From the sequence record LC765218.1: 64,000 bases of DNA. One strand, 5' to 3'. Below, one piece after another: positions 35,909 through 46,276 of this stretch. Made by a program: the position numbers and the translations under genes. The notes under the pieces are model-generated. The model was not told the DNA's origin. It was given only the letters and a program-made list of their open reading frames with translations, and did not search any database. The stretch comes from Pseudomonas phage BRkr. Each line of letters begins with the position of its first letter. The stretch's first letter is position 1.

Positions 35909-36952
35909 TCAACTTGGATTGTATCCGCGTGTTAGGTTACCGCCGGCCATTTGGTCGTAGATAGACTTAGGTACGTGCCATTCTAATTCCATATTCGCAC
36001 TATTAATGTACGGGTAGGCCTGGAAGTTAAACCATTTCTTTTCATGCTGTCGTAACTTTTGTGTCAAACGCCCACGGTTGTTATCTCGCATCAGCGGGTT
36101 AAATGTTTCAACAAGATCATTAAACTCATAGATCAAGATATGATCGTAAATTGTCATTCCCATGCAACGGAAACTAAAGTTGAGTTGATCACTTGCAGTT
36201 TGGAACGGTGTCTCTGCTCCATCACCAGTAAAGTTAATAATTTGACCAGTTGGAGCATTCATTGGTAAAGCAGCACCACATGCAGCAATACGGGTTACAA
36301 ATGTTTTAGTGGAGTCCATTACCAGGCGATAGATACGCGTGTTGGCATCGTATTCATTAAGCATCAATAAATCGGGATAGGGTAGGATACGACCTTCTCT
36401 ATTAAGTCCCATATAGACTAGCCAGATCTTGAACATCCATGTTATAGGATCTCCAGCAATATTGCGGAATGTCGCCTGTAAATCGTAGGTGTTGTACTGA
36501 TATGGCACGTCGTCCACATAGGACATTACGTCACGGTAAACACCGGGTGTTGTGGTACCGAGATTAATAGTAAAATCTTCCCAACCAGTAAGACTAATCA
36601 AGTTGTTACTAAGAAGGGGGATAAACGGGTTAAGAGGATCTACTCCACCGCACCATGCTGTGCCACCTTCACTATGTGCTCTCGGATCCAAATATGCCCT
36701 AACCATACGCTCGATACTCTGTGGGTTAGGATTCAGGATCATGGACAGTCGCCTGTCCACCATGCAGTTATCTTCAGCCAGGTTCAGTAATGGACGGGTA
36801 AAGAAAGTATAACCATGGTTTTCTGTATTTAACGAAATCGCATTGTTACGACCTGTGATGTTCAGGCCTTTGAATGAATCTTCAATGGAACGATCACGCG
36901 GCGACATCCCAATGTTTTGTGTAATTTGCGTTAGATAATCACTTAATGCCAT
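35909..36952 (-). CDS. Putative virion structural protein
   Basis: 347-aa ORF immediately upstream of the 971-aa gene on the minus strand, 10 nt apart. Confidence 0.65.
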   Translation of the reverse strand: MALSDYLTQITQNIGMSPRDRSIEDSFKGLNITGRNNAISLNTENHGYTFFTRPLLNLAEDNCMVDRRLSMILNPNPQSIERMVRAYLDPRAHSEGGTAWCGGVDPLNPFIPLLSNNLISLTGWEDFTINLGTTTPGVYRDVMSYVDDVPYQYNTYDLQATFRNIAGDPITWMFKIWLVYMGLNREGRILPYPDLLMLNEYDANTRIYRLVMDSTKTFVTRIAACGAALPMNAPTGQIINFTGDGAETPFQTASDQLNFSFRCMGMTIYDHILIYEFNDLVETFNPLMRDNNRGRLTQKLRQHEKKWFNFQAYPYINSANMELEWHVPKSIYDQMAGGNLTRGYNPS

Positions 36953-36989
36953 TTTTCAAATCTCTGTGAACAAATGAAGGAAGAGAACG

Positions 36990-38174
36990 ATGCCACTACC
37001 AATCGTAGCTAGTGCTATGGCTGGCGCAGCAGGCGCTGCTGCCGGTAGCCAAGCTTTTAAAGGTCTTATGACCACAGTCCTTAATGCGACCAAAAATAGC
37101 ATGGAGATTAACTCCCTTGCAGATTTGACTCGCCCATGTCGAGTTGAACCACTTGCTATTATTGATAGCGTTCTGGTCGACCAACCTTACATGCAAGATA
37201 TCCTTAAAATGGCACTTAGCCAATTCGCCGGATATTATCTGCAAGCTGTTAATATGGTTCTTGGTGTAGGCAAAATCGATACTCTCAAAGTATTCGATAG
37301 CCTGAACCCGTACCGTTCTATTGGTGCTGATGTTAGTGGCGCTGTCTTCTCGAAAGAAAATTACATGAACGGTTTCCCGTCCCTCGAAGCGTTCAACCAA
37401 AAGATCCGTCCTGAACTGATTGCTGAATACTCTCAAGAAGCGTATGAGCAATCAAAAGACGATGATCGTAAGAAGGGTGATAGGGAAAAGAAAGAAGCTG
37501 CACCACGGATGTCTTCGGGTGATACTCAGAAAGTATACGAAACCGAAAACCTCGCTGTGGGTAAACTACTGAACGTTGAAATTACCGATGGTGATGCTAA
37601 GGCTAAACTGCCTGTACTCATCCGTCTCATTCCGGCAGCAGTTCCGTCGCAGACTCTTACTCATATCTTTAGTGCCGGCGGACGTGATACTTGGAGCCAT
37701 CGTCTGTTCCTGGTTAAAACTGGACAGATTCGTTTCTGGCGCGACTTCGTTCTTGGACAGGATATGATTGATGCACACTTTGCAGCTCTGATTTCCGATA
37801 AGTCCGGCGTTTACAAAGAGATCACTGATCGTCGTCGTAATAACCTGAGCAAGTCTGTTCAGACTGGTCGTGTTTCTATGGCAGATGCTTCTAACATTGC
37901 TGTCGTTTCGTCTACCACGATGAAAACAACTGCCAATGCTCTTTACGGTAAACTAGAAGATCCGAATACCCGTCGTAAGATCTTCGATAATAGCTATCTA
38001 CTCATGTTGATCGTTGTTGATGAACGTTGGCAGCGTGTTACTATTTATCACCGTGGTGTGGATATTGCATCTAGCTTCCGCATCGATGAAGTGAAGATGG
38101 CTGAGAAATCTAAAGGTCAAGACATCACTGAAATCTTTAAGATGTTCAGCAAACAGATGCAAACCAACATTTAA
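36990..38174 (+). CDS. Hypothetical protein (Ala/Gly-rich N-terminus)
   Basis: 394-aa ORF with RBS GAAGGAAGAG. Divergent from the minus-strand structural genes. Confidence 0.6.
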   Translation: MPLPIVASAMAGAAGAAAGSQAFKGLMTTVLNATKNSMEINSLADLTRPCRVEPLAIIDSVLVDQPYMQDILKMALSQFAGYYLQAVNMVLGVGKIDTLKVFDSLNPYRSIGADVSGAVFSKENYMNGFPSLEAFNQKIRPELIAEYSQEAYEQSKDDDRKKGDREKKEAAPRMSSGDTQKVYETENLAVGKLLNVEITDGDAKAKLPVLIRLIPAAVPSQTLTHIFSAGGRDTWSHRLFLVKTGQIRFWRDFVLGQDMIDAHFAALISDKSGVYKEITDRRRNNLSKSVQTGRVSMADASNIAVVSSTTMKTTANALYGKLEDPNTRRKIFDNSYLLMLIVVDERWQRVTIYHRGVDIASSFRIDEVKMAEKSKGQDITEIFKMFSKQMQTNI

Positions 38175-38189
38175 CCAAGGACATGACCA

Positions 38190-39083
38190 ATGAGTATTCT
38201 TAACTATGTCCAGCAGCTTGCACCTGTAATGGAGCGCCGTCAACTGCTGAACGTTCTGGATCAACTCCAGACCGAATATGACGATACCCTTGCCCCGATT
38301 GTTTCTGATGTTCGGGAAGCTTTCCAAGGTATCCCGCTGAAGTCTAACCTCGCCAAACGAATGGAAAACGTTCTTCGTCGTGGTATTACTTTTAACCAGC
38401 CGGCTATCGATCTGATGCTGGGTTCTCTCGATAACATCCGTGGTAACTTCGAAGTTATTCGTAAAGAAATCCGTAGTCTATTCTCGATCCAATTCACTAA
38501 TACAAACCTGACATTCGATCGAGCTAACATGCTCAAGTTCATCGAAGGTCTGGCTTTCTATATTCGATTTGGCCGTAAATATCTACTGTTCCTTGTTGCC
38601 CAAGAAGCTGCCCTACATGGGAAGGCTACCCGCGCTGCATGGACGTCGGCTGAGTCCGATTGGATCGATACCAACATGGAACAGTTCGCTGCACTGTATC
38701 CGGCGATGACTCTTCAACCTCAAGCACTGAAGCAAAAGCTTAATGCTGCTTCTAATGCTACAGTTGACGAATCGACTTTCCAAGTTGCACAGCAGAATCT
38801 TGGACTTACCAAAACTGATCCTCTGGGTATGGCTGGTTTCTCTCCTCGTCAGAATCCCTTCTTGATCATCGGTAAGCTGATTGCAGAGATGCAGGCTGAG
38901 CGATATAACGTGGCACAAGAAGAGTACTATGGTCTTCAACTTCGGTTGGAAGAACTACGTGCACTTCTAGCTAAAGAACCGACCAGCCCTGTTCTGCAAA
39001 AACAGATCGAAGCTTACGAGCGTCGTATCTCCGCGTATGAATACGAGATCAATAAGATCGAAGAACGCGCTGGCGTACAATAA
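38190..39083 (+). CDS. Hypothetical protein
   Basis: 297-aa ORF with RBS AAGGA. Confidence 0.6.
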   Translation: MSILNYVQQLAPVMERRQLLNVLDQLQTEYDDTLAPIVSDVREAFQGIPLKSNLAKRMENVLRRGITFNQPAIDLMLGSLDNIRGNFEVIRKEIRSLFSIQFTNTNLTFDRANMLKFIEGLAFYIRFGRKYLLFLVAQEAALHGKATRAAWTSAESDWIDTNMEQFAALYPAMTLQPQALKQKLNAASNATVDESTFQVAQQNLGLTKTDPLGMAGFSPRQNPFLIIGKLIAEMQAERYNVAQEEYYGLQLRLEELRALLAKEPTSPVLQKQIEAYERRISAYEYEINKIEERAGVQ

Positions 39084-39093
39084 GGAGTTGACA

Positions 39094-39627
39094 ATGCCTA
39101 CTAATGCAGTCAAACCTTTCGATGCTAATCGTGAGTATTCTGGCGGTCAAGCTAAAGCTCAACAACGTTTCACTATGCGCCAAGGTGATCCGCGTGTTGT
39201 TGAACTTATGGTTGAATATACCAACTTTCCTCGCCGCGCTGTGTATTGGGAATTCCGTAAACGTGTAATTGATCTCGCTCTTATTAAATTCTCGGGTAAC
39301 TATAACTGGTTTATCCGTCAAGATAATAATGCCATGATTGCTGATCACAATTACGCATTCCTGCAAGATACTGTACGGTTTATTGCCACAGGTAAACGTC
39401 GAGTGAATATCCATGCATGGCCAATGCTACTTACAGCAGAACCGCCAGCGGGTGTTCAACTAATCGAAGATCGTCGGGATATCGCTGAACTTTTCTTAAG
39501 CTACAATCTTTCTCCGAACGAGAACGACATGCTTCAGGAATGGCTCAAGAAGAAAGGTGGCTTCGATGATCTCATGTACACAATGAACATGTTGTTTGGT
39601 AGTGTACCTGAAAAAATCAATAAGTAA
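39094..39627 (+). CDS. Hypothetical protein
   Basis: The ORF track starts at 39037, overlapping the upstream gene. The in-frame ATG at 39094 (MPTNAVKPF) has a strong RBS AAGGAG 7 nt upstream and is preferred. Confidence 0.55.
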   Translation: MPTNAVKPFDANREYSGGQAKAQQRFTMRQGDPRVVELMVEYTNFPRRAVYWEFRKRVIDLALIKFSGNYNWFIRQDNNAMIADHNYAFLQDTVRFIATGKRRVNIHAWPMLLTAEPPAGVQLIEDRRDIAELFLSYNLSPNENDMLQEWLKKKGGFDDLMYTMNMLFGSVPEKINK

Positions 39628-39637
39628 GGAGGGGTCC

Positions 39638-40936
39638 ATGGTTGACTCAGTTAACCATTCCCAACCTAACGCAGTCGACGGGGTAACACCCGTCGATCTG
39701 TCCGTCTCGATTGAAGATGAATTCAACGAGTTCGATGCTTGTGCTGAAAAACTTGATAAGTTAATGATGGGGATGGAAACCATAGAGCGACTCGATACAT
39801 TTATCCAGTCTAACTATGACACAGCCAGTCCTGAGATGTTAGCTTATGCTGTTGAGAAATTCGGTCTCACTGACGTTGTCTCTACAGAAGACATTAGTGA
39901 TTCGAGCATGCAGGTTTGGGAACGTACTAAGTTAGAAATAAAGAGAGCGAATAGTGACCTATATGGCTACGCTAAAGTACTGATGGCTGGTATAGATCGT
40001 ACTGTAGAACGAATCACTATGCTTTATGAGATGGCTTCGAACTTAAATGGAACTAAACCATTTAAATCGGAGATTGAACTGAGAAAGGCAAAAAAGTTTA
40101 ATATCAATGGCGAGTTTAAACCATTGGATATTCGACCTGTTCTGGAACAAACACAAAACACCATTGATTTCTATGATAAGGTGTTCATGCCTTATCTCAC
40201 TGCGATCGACAAAACATTCAATAATCTTACCCTTGATCAAGAGTGGACAGATGACTCCACTATTCGGTTTGAAATATTCAATGCGAAACGTTGGATGAAG
40301 GGGGCTATTGAAGTCGACCAAGACGACAGGTTTAGAGTCAATGCTACTTTGTTCCGTTCTGAGTTAACTCAGGGTAATAAGGCTCTTTATTTCTCTGGTC
40401 CGAGTGAAACTAAGACTGAGCAACTTAAAGATTGGCAGTTTATGGTAAACTCCATTCGGGACTTCCGTTTTAAGTATTACACTGTACCAGAACAGAAACC
40501 ATTAAATGAGCAAGATAACAAAGTTGAAGTGTCGAATATAAACGCTGTTCGTCAGCGTTTAGGAGTACTACTTGGGTTAGCTAAACGCTTACAATCGCGC
40601 AAAGGCTATGACCAAAAGATCTCTGCTCAACTTCGTAAACTTGAACAATCCGCTGAAAAGATTAGAGTAAAAGCTGGACAACTTCGCCAAAGTCAAGGTC
40701 GTAAAAAACCTGGCGCTGAGGAAAGAGATGAAGCCCGGCCATCCGTATCTAATGTCGTTAACGATCTAACAATGATCCTTAATAATGTCATGCGGATGAT
40801 CATTGACTATAACAACACTCTCGCTGGTATGATTCGCTTAATTGCAGGTTTGGCTATGGTAGCCGACCTTGAACTTAAGGCGTATCAGGCTCCTCTTCGC
40901 AAACCTACGGAAGAAGAACAGAAGCGTTTGGGTTGA
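39638..40936 (+). CDS. Coiled-coil protein, probable distant member of the acidic paralog family
   Basis: Start at ATG 39638 with RBS AAGGAGG 5 nt upstream; the ORF track gives 39596. Contains ETIERLDTFIQ…, resembling the family LEAY region. Confidence 0.6.
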   Translation: MVDSVNHSQPNAVDGVTPVDLSVSIEDEFNEFDACAEKLDKLMMGMETIERLDTFIQSNYDTASPEMLAYAVEKFGLTDVVSTEDISDSSMQVWERTKLEIKRANSDLYGYAKVLMAGIDRTVERITMLYEMASNLNGTKPFKSEIELRKAKKFNINGEFKPLDIRPVLEQTQNTIDFYDKVFMPYLTAIDKTFNNLTLDQEWTDDSTIRFEIFNAKRWMKGAIEVDQDDRFRVNATLFRSELTQGNKALYFSGPSETKTEQLKDWQFMVNSIRDFRFKYYTVPEQKPLNEQDNKVEVSNINAVRQRLGVLLGLAKRLQSRKGYDQKISAQLRKLEQSAEKIRVKAGQLRQSQGRKKPGAEERDEARPSVSNVVNDLTMILNNVMRMIIDYNNTLAGMIRLIAGLAMVADLELKAYQAPLRKPTEEEQKRLG

Positions 40937-40945
40937 TGACATATT

Positions 40946-40965
40946 GGGGAACCACACGGTTCCCC
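40946..40965 (+). terminator. Class-B terminator GGGGAACC-ACAC-GGTTCCCC + TTTATGCTATGTTATC
   Basis: Perfect 8-bp stem, preceded by GACATATT. Lies 37 nt upstream of gene 41005. Confidence 0.65.
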
Positions 40966-41004
40966 TTTATGCTATGTTATCTATTCACATGTCAGAGAAT
41001 CGAA

Positions 41005-43659
41005 ATGACTATTCACAATCTGAACAAACATCTTGGTGGTGGTAAAGCCACCTCCTCAAACGAAGCTATTGCTGATGGCGTAGCTCGCGAAGTACCAGTT
41101 GATACAGTTGATACTTCTGTAAAAGCCTTGGCCACTACCAAAGATCTACCAGAAAATCCAGAAGAAGGTGCTGTTTATCACGTTAACGGTGTTGACTGGG
41201 TATTCGTTAAAGGTGAATGGGTCACGCGTCAAGGTATTTATGGCCACGAAGATTTTGGCGATGCGCATGAACCTCTGTGGGATGGTACTGGTGAGAAACC
41301 TAATATCGAAACACAGAGAGCAGAATCTGAAGTTGTCCGAGAAAATAGTGATGAACCTGCAATCACTCCTGAGGGTACCAATGAGTCCACGGAACAGGTT
41401 GTAAGTGAAACTGAACAAGTTGAAGAAGTAGTTGAAGAAAACGTTACTCCTGAACCTATCGTTAATCCAGCCTCTCCTAGTGAGACTATGGAAGAAGCTA
41501 CTTCTGAAACGGAAGCCGAGAGTGAGTCAGTGGTTGAACCCACCGTACATGAACAGGTAGAAGCCCATGAAGCAGCAGCTAACCCCATCGAAGAGATTGA
41601 GGAAAGCGAGACCCAGGAAGAAGAGAAACCCTCGACAGAAAACGTTGACGGGGAACCTCTAGCTCATCCCGTTGAAGAAGATAAGCCTGTTGAAGTAATG
41701 GAACCTTCTGATGTGGGTATGTGTGAAGAAACTATGTTGGCACATGATCGCATCGGTCAAGTGGCGAATAGTATCGATCAGTTGCATACAGCACAGACTG
41801 CTCTAGAAGCTTATCACGATGTCGTTAAGACTGGTCGTGTATCTAAGCAATCTGCCGCAGTACTTCATAAAGGTCTTGTTCATATTGATCGGACTTTTAA
41901 TCTCAAGGTCAAAGCAACAGGACTTGAGGCATTCGATACTACTCCTCGTTCGGCAATGGAATCTGTCGATATTGATGGTGAGACTATCACTGGACGAATG
42001 AAGCAGATCGGTGGGGCAGTCTACAAAAAGATTCAAGAACTTCTCGCCAAGCTGATCGAATACATTAAGAACTTTGATCTAAAGCGTAAACAATCTGAAG
42101 CTAAAGTAGACAAGCTGCTTTCTCAGATCAGTGATGTACCGCGCAACGCGATTCCTGAAAACGAAAAGATTAAAGTATCGAAAGCTAAGTTCTTCTATGC
42201 TGGCGGTAAATTCGTTGGCACTGATACAAGTGCAGAAGTAGCTGTTATTGATCTAGCTGTATCTGCTGCCATGGCAATGCAGTCTAACGTTGTATTCCTT
42301 GGTCAACAACTTGCTAAGATGGAAGCGACTAGTGATGGTGTGAACGAGTTCAGAAATGTTATTGAAACACGGCTGAGTCAGAACCGTGATCACGTTGAGA
42401 AAGATCTTCCAGGTGGTGGTAAAATCATTCGAGAAGGCCATGCCCTTATTCTTGAGCGTGGTGAAGATGAACATGCAGGTGAAGAACTAGATGCTCTTTC
42501 TCGTACTGATATCGAGAAAGCTTTGAAGTCACTTCAGAAGTTCTATCAGAATGCAGGTAAGTCTGACCGTATTTCTCGAATTGTAGATTCTGCTCGTACT
42601 AAGTCACAAGAAGCAATTAAAGCTGCACGTACTGGTGGTGATGAACGTTATGTTCAAGAGCTACAACAACTTTACGTTACAGCTGTAGCAGATATGATCA
42701 AAGAGATGAATCTCCAGATGGTAACTGCTCTTGTTACTTATACGTCTTCTGGTAAAGCCATGTATCTTGAAGCATGCCTTGAGAACCTTAAAGTGCAAGG
42801 TGCTGGCATGGAGTCTCACGATCCGTTCGTATTCTCTAATGAAGGCCTCTTTACCGAAATCGGTCACTTCTTCAACGCTATGATTCATGGGCGTAAAGAA
42901 GATCTTAAGCCAGAGCAGTACAATGCGGTTAAGAGCAAGATCTCTAAAACGTTTGGTGATCCGAATTGGCTGAAGAATCGTCGTTTCATTGAAGGCGATA
43001 TTAAGTTCAAAGGAGATCCTTCTCTTGGGGATAACTTCAAACAAGTAATCGCTAAGGCAGTTGGTCAACTTAACCAGGCTGCCCGTGGTAACGCAGCTGT
43101 GTTTACCCGAGCTGCTAACTCCGTTAAGCCATATACTGACTTCCTAATCAAGATGGAATATCGTAACCATCCTGAGAAGACTCAGAAAATGTACGACGGC
43201 ATGCCAAGCTTTGATAAGAATAAGTTCAAACCCGTTAAATATAACAGTGGTATGGCACATTCTTACGTAGACGTTACTCTTCCTGCAATGACTCCAGAAC
43301 AGGTAGCCTCAGCCGCAGATGAGATCATTAAAGCTATTGATTATATCACTGGCTATTGGAAAACATCTATGGGCAAAGAGTGGTGGGATACTTTCAACGT
43401 TGAGAATGAGTACGGTCTATTTGGTCGATTTATTCCAGCGCACATGGAAGGTTCCGGTAAGTACACGGATGTTATCCGTAACATTGCTACGTACACTAAA
43501 GGTGAAGACCAGAAATGGTGTGTTAAGCTTGCCAGTAAGATTGCTGAATTCGCTGATGATGGCGAAGCCACATTCTTCAAAGAAGGCGGTGGTCAGTGGG
43601 AATTCTATTTCACTTACATCCGCGGTCTAATCAACTGGATGGATGCTTCCACCCGTTAA
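41005..43659 (+). CDS. Paralogous acidic virion-protein family member 1 (inner-body/ejection-protein-like), acidic N-terminal region
   Basis: Start ATG 41005 (MTIHNLNKHLGGG); the ORF track's 40933 lies inside the upstream terminator tail. It has a roughly 170-aa Glu/Thr/Val/Pro-rich acidic region. The family motif is TALEAYHDVVKTGRVSKQSAAVLHKGLVHIDRTFN. Confidence 0.65.
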   Translation: MTIHNLNKHLGGGKATSSNEAIADGVAREVPVDTVDTSVKALATTKDLPENPEEGAVYHVNGVDWVFVKGEWVTRQGIYGHEDFGDAHEPLWDGTGEKPNIETQRAESEVVRENSDEPAITPEGTNESTEQVVSETEQVEEVVEENVTPEPIVNPASPSETMEEATSETEAESESVVEPTVHEQVEAHEAAANPIEEIEESETQEEEKPSTENVDGEPLAHPVEEDKPVEVMEPSDVGMCEETMLAHDRIGQVANSIDQLHTAQTALEAYHDVVKTGRVSKQSAAVLHKGLVHIDRTFNLKVKATGLEAFDTTPRSAMESVDIDGETITGRMKQIGGAVYKKIQELLAKLIEYIKNFDLKRKQSEAKVDKLLSQISDVPRNAIPENEKIKVSKAKFFYAGGKFVGTDTSAEVAVIDLAVSAAMAMQSNVVFLGQQLAKMEATSDGVNEFRNVIETRLSQNRDHVEKDLPGGGKIIREGHALILERGEDEHAGEELDALSRTDIEKALKSLQKFYQNAGKSDRISRIVDSARTKSQEAIKAARTGGDERYVQELQQLYVTAVADMIKEMNLQMVTALVTYTSSGKAMYLEACLENLKVQGAGMESHDPFVFSNEGLFTEIGHFFNAMIHGRKEDLKPEQYNAVKSKISKTFGDPNWLKNRRFIEGDIKFKGDPSLGDNFKQVIAKAVGQLNQAARGNAAVFTRAANSVKPYTDFLIKMEYRNHPEKTQKMYDGMPSFDKNKFKPVKYNSGMAHSYVDVTLPAMTPEQVASAADEIIKAIDYITGYWKTSMGKEWWDTFNVENEYGLFGRFIPAHMEGSGKYTDVIRNIATYTKGEDQKWCVKLASKIAEFADDGEATFFKEGGGQWEFYFTYIRGLINWMDASTR

Positions 43660-43664
43660 AGCAT

Positions 43665-43682
43665 GGGGAGCTTCGGCTCCCT
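43665..43682 (+). terminator. Class-B terminator GGGGAGC-TTCG-GCTCCC(T) + TTTATGCTATG
   Basis: UUCG loop. Lies between paralog genes. Confidence 0.6.
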
Positions 43683-43718
43683 TTATGCTATGTAAACTAA
43701 TTCTATTTCGAGGCTAAC

Positions 43719-44981
43719 ATGCTTGACACTGAAATGCCCTGTACTGTAAATACAGAACCTGCTGAAACAATCATCGAACCAGCGGAAGATATCCAGGTAG
43801 AGATTGAAGACGTATCTGATTTCCAAAACGATGTAGCTGAACAAGAAGTTGTAGAATCCGAAGACCTCGAAGGTGTCGCTGAATCTCTAGAAGCTTATTC
43901 TCAACTCCTTAAACAAGCTGGTGACAAAGGTATCACTAAACAATCTGCTGCAATGATGCGAATTGGCATGAAACAGATTGATGCGCGGCTCAATATCAAA
44001 CGAGAAGCACTTAGCCTGGAAGGCTTTAAAACGTGCACTATGCGCGATGGACTACAAACCACTACTGTTTCCATGGAAGATGTCAAAGAGCGCGTTAAAG
44101 AGCTTGGTAAGCGCATTGTAGAGTTCATTGCTAGGCTGATTGAACGAGCGAAGGCGATTTACCAAAAACTGGCTGGTCCTAAAGTTAAAACACAAAAGGC
44201 AGCACAACAACTAATTGCTGCTTCTCGTGCCTTCCCTGCTTATCCTGGCGGTAAGATGCGTGGCTCTGTTCCAGAAAATGTTTCGGAAGATCTTAAGAAG
44301 AAAGCTGCTGAGATTAAAGAGCGTAAAGGTGATATCGACGAAGAATCTAAGAAGATTCGTATTGAAGATACCACTAACATTGTTGCCGATGGAGAGAACA
44401 CTTACGACACCATCGCAACTGAAAAGGCTTACGCTGTATTCCTCTACGATCGTCTTCCCAAAGCACTAATGTCCGTGATGAAATTTGCCAAAGATAATGT
44501 TGGTAAAGGCGATGCTTCTGAATATATTGAAAGTGTTCTAGATCACACCCACAGTGAAATGACAAAAGTTGTTCAAGCCTCTATCGGTCAAGATTTCCTA
44601 CCCGGTAGTATCCGTCTTTCGTGGGATATGGAAAACCTAGGCTTTAAGATTATTCATGGTACTGACTCGAATGGACCTATTGAGGTTGATCTCCGTCCAG
44701 CAAGTGCTATCACTAAATTTGCTCAGGAATGTGAAACTGTTCTAGCTGTCATGACCGATGATGCATCTGTAAATCGGCACAATGGTGAACTTCAACAGCT
44801 ATCGGACTCCCTCGGTGCAAAACTAGTGACTGAGCTGGACGACCCAGCTGTATTTGGTGCCATCACAAGTCTAATCACTAAGATCCGTTCTCTCGATGTT
44901 CTTGCTCAAGTTGAACGTCAGATTGTTACCTCTGTTTTTGCGAAACTAGCTATCGCTAAACACGAGCTAACTAAGTACTAA
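43719..44981 (+). CDS. Paralogous acidic virion-protein family member 2
   Basis: Carries the family motif SLEAYSQLLKQAGDKGITKQSAAMMRIGMKQIDARLN after an acidic N-terminus. Hairpin plus TTTATGCTATG lies 30-35 nt upstream. Confidence 0.65.
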   Translation: MLDTEMPCTVNTEPAETIIEPAEDIQVEIEDVSDFQNDVAEQEVVESEDLEGVAESLEAYSQLLKQAGDKGITKQSAAMMRIGMKQIDARLNIKREALSLEGFKTCTMRDGLQTTTVSMEDVKERVKELGKRIVEFIARLIERAKAIYQKLAGPKVKTQKAAQQLIAASRAFPAYPGGKMRGSVPENVSEDLKKKAAEIKERKGDIDEESKKIRIEDTTNIVADGENTYDTIATEKAYAVFLYDRLPKALMSVMKFAKDNVGKGDASEYIESVLDHTHSEMTKVVQASIGQDFLPGSIRLSWDMENLGFKIIHGTDSNGPIEVDLRPASAITKFAQECETVLAVMTDDASVNRHNGELQQLSDSLGAKLVTELDDPAVFGAITSLITKIRSLDVLAQVERQIVTSVFAKLAIAKHELTKY

Positions 44982-44988
44982 CATAAAT

Positions 44989-45006
44989 GCCCTCCCTATG
45001 GAGGGC
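44989..45006 (+). terminator. Class-B terminator GCCCTC-CCTATG-GAGGGC + TTTATGACTGCTATGCC (preceded by AACATAAAT)
   Basis: 6-bp GC stem. Lies between paralog genes. Confidence 0.55.
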
Positions 45007-45055
45007 TTTATGACTGCTATGCCAAATTCTATGTTTAACATAACGAGAAATCAAA

Positions 45056-46216
45056 ATGGACACTCGTCAGAATCCAGCAAATCGCCCGCAATTAAAAGAT
45101 AGTCCTCAGGAAGAACTTCCGGATATGATCGTCAATGATCATGAACAAGAATTCAAAGATTTGTTTGAAGCCCATATCGCTATTGAAGCTTATCTTGATC
45201 AATTAACTGATGCAGGTCGAGATGGCCTAAGTTTACAAACTCGTAAGTTCATGGCTATTGGTCTTGAGCATATAGACCGTATTCTTGGTAAACAAGAACG
45301 TGTATCGATTGAAGCACTTCTTACTGATCCAACTATTTCACAAGAGTCACTAGTTGATCGTTTAAAAGAGGTGGGTAGAAAAATCCTTGAGCTCATCGAA
45401 AAGATAATCGATGAAGCTAAACTACTCGCGCAACGTGTTATCTCTGGTATCAGCTCAACTGAAAAGAAAACAGAAGAGCTTCTTAAGTTAGCTCAACAGA
45501 GCAGCAATAAGAAAGCCAGTATGGAATTCCATGACAACGGTACAACTATCACTGTTAATGGAGCTTCCAAGCTTTTTGCAGGCTCTGAGTTCTGCCTGGA
45601 TGATTTCAAAGCTGAAACCACTGTAATGAAGTTCTTCATTAATACTTACCCGAAGTACCTTGTCGATAATATTAATCGGCTATGTAAGTCCATTAAGAGT
45701 TACGATGTAGAAACTGGTGATATCACGACATTTGAAGCGAACTCGGAATTCATTGGTAAGCATACCAGTATTATTCATCCGCTCAAAGATGTTGTTCTAC
45801 CGGGTAACTATGTTATCCATTTCCGCGACGTATCTCTTCTACCAATGGTCATCCATGATGAGGATATGACCAGCGGGCCAGAAACATATGAACATCCAGT
45901 GCGCAGTCGATTGGAAATCCAAAAGACTCTTAAACAGAATCTGGTCGTTACAAATAGCCTTGGTGAACTCTTTAAAGAGGAAGCTAAGGTACTTGAGCAA
46001 ATGAAATGTCTAACCAAAGATCTTATTGCATTGGAAGATCGTCGTGGTGAGACAGTATGGAAAAGATCTCGGGATGCTCTAGATCGAGTGTCTAGTATTG
46101 TAATGGATCTTATTCCGAAATTACGGCCGAACTATGGTCCAATTGTTGCACGTATTAATGCTATCACTAACATTCGAAATAAAGTGTGTGAATTAGAGCT
46201 CAGTGCGACCTCTTAA
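45056..46216 (+). CDS. Paralogous acidic virion-protein family member 3
   Basis: Carries the motif AIEAYLDQLTDAGRDGLSLQTRKFMAIGLEHIDRILG. A hairpin plus TTTATGACTGCTATGCC lies upstream. Confidence 0.65.
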   Translation: MDTRQNPANRPQLKDSPQEELPDMIVNDHEQEFKDLFEAHIAIEAYLDQLTDAGRDGLSLQTRKFMAIGLEHIDRILGKQERVSIEALLTDPTISQESLVDRLKEVGRKILELIEKIIDEAKLLAQRVISGISSTEKKTEELLKLAQQSSNKKASMEFHDNGTTITVNGASKLFAGSEFCLDDFKAETTVMKFFINTYPKYLVDNINRLCKSIKSYDVETGDITTFEANSEFIGKHTSIIHPLKDVVLPGNYVIHFRDVSLLPMVIHDEDMTSGPETYEHPVRSRLEIQKTLKQNLVVTNSLGELFKEEAKVLEQMKCLTKDLIALEDRRGETVWKRSRDALDRVSSIVMDLIPKLRPNYGPIVARINAITNIRNKVCELELSATS

Positions 46217-46276
46217 CCAATTCTATGGTTATTAACAATCATCATCGCGCGATGATTCTCCTCCGAGGAAAATGTA